The notes under the pieces are model-generated. The model saw only the letters and a list, made by a program, of their open reading frames with translations. It made no database searches and had not been told where the DNA came from. This document shows positions 40,844 through 46,746 of a stretch of DNA of 64,000 nucleotides, piece after piece (positions within the stretch are counted from its first letter, which is position 1; each line of letters starts with the position of its first letter). A program made the position numbers and the translations under genes. The DNA is from an uncultured Erysipelotrichaceae bacterium. GTDB taxonomy: Bacteria > Bacillota_I > Bacilli_A > RFN20 > CAG-826. Where the stretch lies: contig ONAT01000004.1 of NCBI GenBank assembly GCA_900315885.1, forward strand, positions 32,580 through 96,579, written 5' to 3'.

Positions 40844-41053
40844 ATGAAAAAAAAGACGTTTTATCAAACTAATATTTTTTGGCAGTTATTTTGTTTTGTG
40901 TTTCTTGCAATTTTTATATTGATTTTTATAGTCACTGTGCAATGTATTATTGCAATTATAAAAAATGGATTTGGTAAAACAATTTCCGATATAATGGCCT
41001 CTGTGTTTATATTAGCAGTACTTGTTATTGGTTGTTCATTGGCGTTAATCTAA
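40844..41053 (+). CDS. 2-TM N-terminal half of an interrupted 2TM+PH-like gene
   Basis: 69 aa with two hydrophobic helices. Its TAA at 41051 is in frame with ORF 41105..41449, and no other stop lies between them. Confidence 0.5.
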   Translation: MKKKTFYQTNIFWQLFCFVFLAIFILIFIVTVQCIIAIIKNGFGKTISDIMASVFILAVLVIGCSLALI

Positions 41054-41104
41054 TTCATTATTTTAGAACACAACAATGTTCATTTAACAAAAGACAAAAT
41101 ATAT

Positions 41105-41449
41105 ATGAACAATGATTGGAATCCAAAGAAAGATAAAATACAATATTATACTGAAGCATATTTTGCTGATATTGAATCTATTGATATTATTTGGACAAAA
41201 ATGGATTCTAGAGGTAAATTGATTAGACCTAAGCTTATCTCTGCTTCAGTAGAAAAGCCATATTTATCTATAAAAACTAAAGATGGTAAAATATCTAATT
41301 TCTTTGTCATGTATATTCCGAAGAAAAATGTAATAAAAATAATAAATGAAATTAGTTATCGAATGAAAAGTGTAGGGAACAATATTAAGATTATTAATTC
41401 CGATGAAGCATATTTAAAAATTAAGAAAAAAATTTATATCGATATCTAG
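41105..41449 (+). CDS. Soluble C-terminal half of the interrupted 2TM+PH-like gene
   Basis: Same frame as 40844..41053. No SD precedes ATG 41105. The layout matches the soluble halves of 44667..45080 and 45979..46467. Confidence 0.45.
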   Translation: MNNDWNPKKDKIQYYTEAYFADIESIDIIWTKMDSRGKLIRPKLISASVEKPYLSIKTKDGKISNFFVMYIPKKNVIKIINEISYRMKSVGNNIKIINSDEAYLKIKKKIYIDI

Positions 41450-41503
41450 ATATTAAATTATTAAATAGTCACATGAACTAGCAAGAGTATAACTGTTTCA
41501 AGA

Positions 41504-41522
41504 TGTCTTTTTTTAAAAGACA
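41504..41522 (+). repeat. 19-bp palindrome copy 2: TGTCTTTT-TTT-AAAAGACA
   Basis: Perfect 8-3-8 inverted repeat. Confidence 0.9.
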
Positions 41523-41577
41523 AATTTTTCTAAAATTAAAATAGTAAATTGCGATAACACAATTTATCAATTGAATA

Positions 41578-41862
41578 TTGCTAGATTCAATCAAACAATT
41601 AATCAATTGGCATGGCGGAATTGCCTTACTGATTGCTTTCGGAATAAGTACTGTTTTAGGTGGTGTATATGGAAGCGTATCAGTTGCTGAAAGTATACTT
41701 TATGATATTAATAATCCTTATGGGTTTAGAGACTGTGATTGGGGAGAATTTAAACTACATCCAGATCTAGACTTAGAAGAAAAAATTAATCAATTTGAAA
41801 TATTAGGAGATTATAAAGAAGACTTAAGAAAAAGAAGAGAAAAATGGTATAAAGAAGTATGA
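41578..41862 (+). CDS. Small single-TM protein (94 aa) coupled to the cyclase gene
   Basis: TTG start with no obvious SD. Glycine-rich TM GGIALLIAFGISTVLGGVYGSV. The stop TGA overlaps the GAGGTG RBS of the cyclase, whose ATG is 8 nt downstream. Confidence 0.35.
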   Translation: MLDSIKQLINWHGGIALLIAFGISTVLGGVYGSVSVAESILYDINNPYGFRDCDWGEFKLHPDLDLEEKINQFEILGDYKEDLRKRREKWYKEV

Positions 41863-41870
41863 GGTGATAA

Positions 41871-42620
41871 ATGATGTATGAATATGATTATATAAACGGA
41901 AAAAGAAGAGTAAACGAGATACTAAATGATTCCAATGAAATTGAGGCAAAAGAGAAAGTACCAAAAGAAAATGATTTTACTTTTCATAATGGTTATTTTG
42001 CTTGGGTTACTGCTGTATTTGTTGACATAAGGGATTCAACATCAATTTTCACAGAAAATAAGAAGACTTCAACTTCAAAAATTATAAGAGCATTTACTTC
42101 CGAAGTAATTGGAATTTTAAAGGACGACGATAATTTGCGCGAAATTGGTATTAGAGGAGATTGTGTATATGCTATCTATACTACATCCCAAAAATACGAA
42201 GATTATGAAATTGCGAATAAAGTGTTTTATGTAAATACTTTTATGAAAATGTTAAATAAATTATTGCAAAACAAAAACATGAAAACTATTAAAGTTGGGA
42301 TTGGCGTTTCTACAGCACAAGAACTAGTTGTTAAAGCCGGAAGAGAAAAAACTGGCATTAATAACTTAGTATGGATTGGAAAAGCGGTAACTTATGCTTC
42401 TAAATTTTCTTCTTTAGCAAATTCTAATGATTATAATAACATTATTTTTTCCGACAACTTTTATAATAGTTTTATTGGGGATTTAAAAAATAACAATAAA
42501 AATAAAAATGTTGAATCTTGGTTTAAGCAACATAGAGATAGCAAATTGGGTTATTTTTACGACTGTGACATAATCAAATCAGAATTCAATGATTGGATTG
42601 AAAATGGTATGAAAGGATAA
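41871..42620 (+). CDS. Stand-alone class III nucleotidyl cyclase (Pycsar PycC-like)
   Basis: Cyclase homology-domain motifs in order: AVFVDIRDSTSIF (metal Asp 1), IRGDCVYAIY (metal Asp 2), IKVGIGVSTAQELVVKAG, VWIGKAVTYASKFSSLA. 249 aa with no other domain. Confidence 0.7.
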   Translation: MMYEYDYINGKRRVNEILNDSNEIEAKEKVPKENDFTFHNGYFAWVTAVFVDIRDSTSIFTENKKTSTSKIIRAFTSEVIGILKDDDNLREIGIRGDCVYAIYTTSQKYEDYEIANKVFYVNTFMKMLNKLLQNKNMKTIKVGIGVSTAQELVVKAGREKTGINNLVWIGKAVTYASKFSSLANSNDYNNIIFSDNFYNSFIGDLKNNNKNKNVESWFKQHRDSKLGYFYDCDIIKSEFNDWIENGMKG

Positions 42621-42635
42621 CAAAGGAGAGTTTAG

Positions 42636-43142
42636 ATGAACAAAAATGAAGAAAAATATGAAATTTTATCTGGGATAAGTAATCAAATATCATCTTTTGA
42701 TAATAAAGCGAGCATTTTAATTTCAGCTATAGGAATTGTTTTCGCATTATCTTTATCTTTCTTAGATGTGTTTTGTGAAGATGATTTTTTATCAAAATGT
42801 CAAATTTTTAAAATAATTTACTATGCATTATTTATATTATTTATTATCAATACAATTGTTGTAATAGGTTCATATATATTAGTTATTATTCCTAGGAAGA
42901 AAATTGGAAATAATAAATATGCAAATTATTATAACGACATTGCTGATTTAGATATTTATGGTCATAAGGAATATGATGATTTGTTAGAAGATTATACAAA
43001 AAACGATAATTTACTTACAGAACAAATTATTATTAATTCAAAGATATGTAAAACCAAACATTTATTTTTGAAAGTTGGTATAATATCATTAATACCATTT
43101 TCAATATTGTTATTGGTTCTTATTGTACTGACAATAATTTAA
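42636..43142 (+). CDS. Multi-TM effector (Pycsar PycTM-like)
   Basis: AAGGAG RBS 15 nt after the cyclase stop. N-terminal helix with the SFDNKASILISAIGIV motif as I recall it for Pycsar effector domains. 3-4 hydrophobic segments, 168 aa. Confidence 0.65.
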   Translation: MNKNEEKYEILSGISNQISSFDNKASILISAIGIVFALSLSFLDVFCEDDFLSKCQIFKIIYYALFILFIINTIVVIGSYILVIIPRKKIGNNKYANYYNDIADLDIYGHKEYDDLLEDYTKNDNLLTEQIIINSKICKTKHLFLKVGIISLIPFSILLLVLIVLTII

Positions 43143-43351
43143 TTAACAAATATTAAATACGAGATTCCTGCTTTTTTAATATGTAAACTATGTTTTCTGG
43201 TTTCATCAAGGTGTGATGGCACAAGATGCTGTGGCAGATTGTAATCAGTCTTATCTACTTTACGAAACATGATTGATTTTATAGAAAAAGTTTTAAAAAC
43301 TGAGTTTTTAATACCTTCTTTAGCCTATTAGGTGTAAGGAGGTATTTTTAT

Positions 43352-43465
43352 ATGATGCAAATTGTTTTAAATAAGAATACATATTTTATTAACGAATCAT
43401 TTAATGGGGCAACAAGAACATTAATCAATATTCTTAAGAATAGAATTCACTATTTCTATTTATAA
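43352..43465 (+). CDS. Small ORF (37 aa), possibly a truncated gene remnant
   Basis: Strong AAGGAGG RBS. Its 3' end (KNRIHYFYL*) lies inside direct repeat copy 2. Copy 1 has CAA where this copy has the TAA stop. Confidence 0.3.
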   Translation: MMQIVLNKNTYFINESFNGATRTLINILKNRIHYFYL

Positions 43466-43631
43466 AAATCTTTTAAATATTTCATCTGAATGTTAAAATT
43501 AAAATAAAGATAGGGGTGAAATAATATACGGGTTAATAACGTAATAACAATATAATGTAAAAAAATTCATATAATTATTTTCAAAATATTTATATACAAT
43601 ATTTTAGAAAATATATTAGTTAGTAATTAGA
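43444..43631 (+). repeat. Direct repeat copy 2 (188 nt), upstream region of the 43644 cassette
   Basis: See copy 1. The similarity ends just before the RBS of the downstream gene in both copies. Confidence 0.9.
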
Positions 43632-43643
43632 GGGAGACTATCT

Positions 43644-44246
43644 GTGATTATATTTAAAAGAGAAAAAAATGCATTGTTGAAATTTAAGCAATATATAGAA
43701 GGGGAAATGGATTTTGATACTTTCTGGCAAGAATATATTGCTTGTGGCGATTTAATGAAATATTTATGCAAGTTTGATCAAAGAAGGCGTGAAGAATTTT
43801 TGATTAATAATGATTTCATAAATTATTTTTATAACGGAAAACCTGCTTTTCAGTTAAAAGTTGGCTTACAGGCATCAATAATGGCATATTTGAAGAAAAG
43901 AAAAATTAAATTTGAAAACAAAACAAAAGAATATGTTCTATGGGAAAAATGGAATAGTTATATACCAGATTTTGTTCCTTGTAATGAATCAATGTATTAT
44001 TTTATGGAAAACTTAGACAATGGCGTTAGACACTCAAAAAAATATTATCGTGACTATTTTTCAAAGATTTATCAATACGTAAAATATTATCCGCGATGGT
44101 TGCAAATGTGCGAATGGCCTATGGATGATGATGGAACCCCAACTAAATTCTTGTATCAAACTGGTTTTCCTAATAAACATGATTTTATTGAGTATTGGTT
44201 TCTAAAAAAAGATGGTACAAAAATTAAAATAGAACAATACGATTAA
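43644..44246 (+). CDS. Hypothetical soluble protein (200 aa), immunity-protein-like
   Basis: AGGGAG then GTG 43644. Trp/Tyr-rich. No catalytic motif recognised. Confidence 0.55.
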   Translation: MIIFKREKNALLKFKQYIEGEMDFDTFWQEYIACGDLMKYLCKFDQRRREEFLINNDFINYFYNGKPAFQLKVGLQASIMAYLKKRKIKFENKTKEYVLWEKWNSYIPDFVPCNESMYYFMENLDNGVRHSKKYYRDYFSKIYQYVKYYPRWLQMCEWPMDDDGTPTKFLYQTGFPNKHDFIEYWFLKKDGTKIKIEQYD

Positions 44247-44313
44247 TGAGTGCTCAATGTCGGGGACTACAATTAGTGACTTGGTTTTTTTGAAAATTAA
44301 ATGGCTATTAGTA

Positions 44314-44486
44314 GTGTTTAGATGTGTTACTAAAAACGGATTAAAGGTTGCTGAAGTTGTCAGTAAAGACCAGACTTATGTTAGTCAAGTTGCTAAAGTT
44401 GAAGAATGATTGGACAATATTCTCATATATCTAATGGACTAACTCTAGATGCTTTACTATTTATTACAAAATGGTTTGTATTCTAA
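44314..44486 (+). pseudogene. Decayed XRE-type HTH gene remnant (two frames)
   Basis: 44314..44409 reads ...GLKVAEVVSKDQTYVSQVAKVEE*. Shifted frame 44412..44486 reads GQYSHISNGLTLDALLFITKWFVF*. Together they resemble an HTH_3 fold broken by a frameshift. Confidence 0.3.
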
Positions 44487-44534
44487 AAATATCTATTTTT
44501 TTGATTAATGATTAATTGTTTGGAGGTGCATTAT

Positions 44535-44645
44535 GTGAATTCTAAATTTACTTTAAGATTCTTGGCAGCACTAATTGCTGGTGGAACAGAAACTGCCTAT
44601 GATTTAACATCATATTTAATTGGGAAATTAATTTCAGCTTTTTAG
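44535..44645 (+). CDS. Small ORF (36 aa, VNSKFTLRFLAALIAGGTETAYDLTSYLIGKLISAF)
   Basis: GGAGGTG precedes GTG 44535. It ends 12 nt before the RBS of the next gene. It may be a peptide or an orphan toxin-tail fragment. Confidence 0.25.
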   Translation: MNSKFTLRFLAALIAGGTETAYDLTSYLIGKLISAF

Positions 44646-44666
44646 TCATTAGGAGGATTGATTATT

Positions 44667-45080
44667 TTGAAACAAAAATTTTATAAAAATTTATTTCAAA
44701 CGATGTCATATTTTGCTGTAATAATAATTTTCGAGGTGTTTTTACTTATTGGTTTTTTTGCTAGTTTAAGTTATGGTCAAAATTTTGGTTGGATACTATT
44801 GATAATATCTTTATCTTTAATTGCATTATTCTATCTAATAGGGTTTTATTGGATTTTCCAAATAGTATCTATTGATGAACATGGAATTAAAATATTATTC
44901 AAAAGTAAAATTGTTAAGCAACTTAAATGGGAAGAAATAGATACAATAGAAGAAGCAAATATAATGAGAAATCCAGCACTAAGAATTAAAGCATTTGATG
45001 GAAGTGAAATTCATTTAGATAAAAGAAAACAAATTGTTAAAGCGATAGAAATATATTCGCAAAATAAAATAATAAAATAA
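44667..45080 (+). CDS. 2-TM + PH-like small membrane protein (paralog B)
   Basis: AGGAGG at 44651-44656. TTG 44667 has better spacing than TTG 44658. Two TM helices, then a soluble IVSIDEHGIKILFKSKIVKQLKWEEIDTIE... domain. Confidence 0.6.
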   Translation: MKQKFYKNLFQTMSYFAVIIIFEVFLLIGFFASLSYGQNFGWILLIISLSLIALFYLIGFYWIFQIVSIDEHGIKILFKSKIVKQLKWEEIDTIEEANIMRNPALRIKAFDGSEIHLDKRKQIVKAIEIYSQNKIIK

Positions 45081-45172
45081 TTTTATTTAACGCACTGTAA
45101 AAACAGATATTATTAGATTAGTAGGAGACATTGCAAGTTCAATATTCAATAATTTTTAGGAGGACATAAACT

Positions 45173-45358
45173 ATGTGGGAATTTATTAAATATTGTCTAT
45201 ATTGTTTATTAATGTCAATCTCTGCTGCTTTTGGAAACAATCCTGAGGGAATGACATTCAAACACGCAATAGTTGGAAGTATTACAATGTTTGTATTATT
45301 AGGATTAGCTTTGGGCATTCTTTGGTTAATTGCAAGGGTTGTTAATAAATCTAGATAA
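45173..45358 (+). CDS. Small 2-TM membrane protein (61 aa)
   Basis: TAGGAGGA RBS 7 nt upstream. Two hydrophobic segments. Confidence 0.5.
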   Translation: MWEFIKYCLYCLLMSISAAFGNNPEGMTFKHAIVGSITMFVLLGLALGILWLIARVVNKSR

Positions 45359-45396
45359 AATGTAACTTACAAGGTTTATATAGGAGATTAGTTTTA

Positions 45397-45702
45397 ATGG
45401 AAAAACAAAAAAAGAAAAAAACATTAAAATATACAAAATGTTTTAAAGTATATGAAAAAGAATTAACATGGGATTTATTTATTAAATATTTAAATGATAA
45501 TATGGAATTTTGCTTTTATTTGAATGATATAACAATTGATATTGCTTTTCATTATAAGGACAAAATAAAAGTATATGAATTAAATATTTCTTCAGGTGAA
45601 AATAGAACTAATTTAAATTTTAATTCAATAGATGAACTTATTTCTTTTAAAGCTTTTAACAATAAATCACTTTATGATATTTGGGACGAATTAGAGAATT
45701 AA
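45397..45702 (+). CDS. Hypothetical small soluble protein (101 aa)
   Basis: TAGGAGA RBS. Followed by a terminator. No family recognised. Confidence 0.5.
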   Translation: MEKQKKKKTLKYTKCFKVYEKELTWDLFIKYLNDNMEFCFYLNDITIDIAFHYKDKIKVYELNISSGENRTNLNFNSIDELISFKAFNNKSLYDIWDELEN

Positions 45703-45727
45703 TTAATAAATTAACATCTCATTAGTT

Positions 45728-45769
45728 AGATGCATTTGCTACATTAAAGTAGTAGATGCATCTTTTTTT
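45728..45769 (+). terminator. Rho-independent terminator
   Basis: AGATGCAT...ATGCATCT outer stem plus CTAC/GTAG inner stem, followed by TTTTTTT. Confidence 0.6.
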
Positions 45770-45865
45770 GTGTGTAAAGAAATTTTAATAATATTTTTAA
45801 AATTGACCCTCACATTTGTTATTTTAAATGCCCAGTACTATTGAAGGGGGACTCAATTGTTTAAA

Positions 45866-45884
45866 TGTCTTTTCAGAAAAGACA
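45866..45884 (+). repeat. 19-bp palindrome copy 3: TGTCTTTT-CAG-AAAAGACA
   Basis: Perfect 8-3-8 inverted repeat. Confidence 0.9.
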
Positions 45885-45978
45885 AATTAAATCTGTTTTT
45901 TTGATAGATTTCAAATGTTGATTAGCAAAAAATAAAAGCAACTTTTTATAATTGTGATATGATTAAGAAAAAGGAGCT

Positions 45979-46467
45979 ATGGTTTTTGTGAAAAAGATTT
46001 ATTCAAATAAGTCCGTTATTTACTTTTCAATCTTTGGGATTGTTTTTATATCAATAATAATGATTTTGAGTATTATTTCCTTAATGTCTAATGTGGAAGA
46101 AACTACAAATAATATTCTTATGATTATTGTGTTGATATTAATATATTTATTCTTTTTAGTGTTGTTTGTTTTTTCGTTAAATAAATTTGGATATAAAGTA
46201 ATATATGATAGTAATAAAAAAGTTATTTCTAAAAAAGGATTTATCTTTGGACACGAATACCAAATAAAGCTAGAAGATATAAAAGAAGTGGCGGTGTTAT
46301 CACTACCAAAAGAAACAGCTTATTATGTTTTAACTGATTCAAAAGATGATAAACAAGAATCATTTATTAAAATTAAGAAAACAAAAAAGAATGAGGCTTT
46401 TGTAAAACAATTTTGGGATAAAGCAATTAAGGAATACGAAGATTACGAAGAATTGTTTAATAAATAA
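45979..46467 (+). CDS. 2-TM + PH-like small membrane protein (paralog C)
   Basis: AAGGAG RBS. Two TM helices, then YKVIYDSNKKVISKKGFIFGHEYQIKLEDIKEVAV... and a C-terminal helix. Confidence 0.6.
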   Translation: MVFVKKIYSNKSVIYFSIFGIVFISIIMILSIISLMSNVEETTNNILMIIVLILIYLFFLVLFVFSLNKFGYKVIYDSNKKVISKKGFIFGHEYQIKLEDIKEVAVLSLPKETAYYVLTDSKDDKQESFIKIKKTKKNEAFVKQFWDKAIKEYEDYEELFNK

Positions 46468-46509
46468 TTTTAGATATAGTTTTAAATATTGGAAGATTAT
46501 TTATGTTTT

Positions 46510-46537
46510 TTAAGTATATTTAATACTCTGTTATAAT
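46510..46537 (+). promoter_or_regulatory. Candidate promoter TTAAGT-16 nt-TGTTATAAT (extended -10)
   Basis: TGnTATAAT at 46529-46537. Palindrome copy 4 starts 8 nt downstream, so it would cover the transcription start. Confidence 0.4.
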
Positions 46538-46544
46538 CACTAAT

Positions 46545-46563
46545 TGTCATTTTAGAAAAGACA
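46545..46563 (+). repeat. 19-bp palindrome copy 4: TGTCATTT-TAG-AAAAGACA (one mismatch)
   Basis: 8-3-8 inverted repeat with one mismatch. Confidence 0.85.
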
Positions 46564-46589
46564 AAACTAGTTTGCTTTAGAGTGCAAAA

Positions 46590-46608
46590 TGTCTTTTTGG
46601 AAAAGACA
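46590..46608 (+). repeat. 19-bp palindrome copy 5: TGTCTTTT-TGG-AAAAGACA, extendable to 12-3-12 and followed by a T-run
   Basis: AAAATGTCTTTT-TGG-AAAAGACATTTT then TTTGTTTTT. It has intrinsic-terminator geometry. Confidence 0.9.
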
Positions 46609-46643
46609 TTTTTTTGTTTTTGACATGTGTGCAAGTTGAGAAT

Positions 46644-46662
46644 TGTCTTTTGATAAAAGACA
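46644..46662 (+). repeat. 19-bp palindrome copy 6: TGTCTTTT-GAT-AAAAGACA
   Basis: Perfect 8-3-8 inverted repeat. Confidence 0.9.
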
Positions 46663-46746
46663 AAAGTAAATAGTCTGTAGCCATTACTTCATAATTAATC
46701 GTATAAATAGTATGCATATTACGTATAAATTATTAGAGGAACGAGT

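Noticed and set aside
43143-43351. Slightly GC-richer patch with short frames on both strands (minus MFRKVDKTDYNLPQHLVPSHLDETRK..., plus ..WFHQGVMAQDAVADCNQSYLLYET).
   Set aside because: It has no RBS or recognisable family and the frames are under 45 codons. It may be a gene remnant, but I cannot support a call.
45081-45172. Open frame ending ..IIRLVGDIASSIFNNF* just upstream of the 61-aa membrane-protein gene.
   Set aside because: There is no start codon in the frame after the preceding stop. At most it is a stranded 3' fragment.
45866-45884. Match of palindrome copy 3 (TTTTCAGAAAA core) to the CodY box, and of the TGT..ACA ends to TnrA/GlnR sites.
   Set aside because: The central 3 nt differ in every copy, so the CodY-like core is accidental. 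TnrA/GlnR sites are 17 bp (TGTNA-N7-TNACA), whereas this motif is 19 bp with a 9-nt interval.
32798-46662. Whether the 19-bp palindromes form a CRISPR array or are integron attC sites.
   Set aside because: Spacing is irregular (45 bp to several kb), there are no uniform spacers and no cas genes. At 19 bp they are far shorter than attC sites, and no intI integrase is present.
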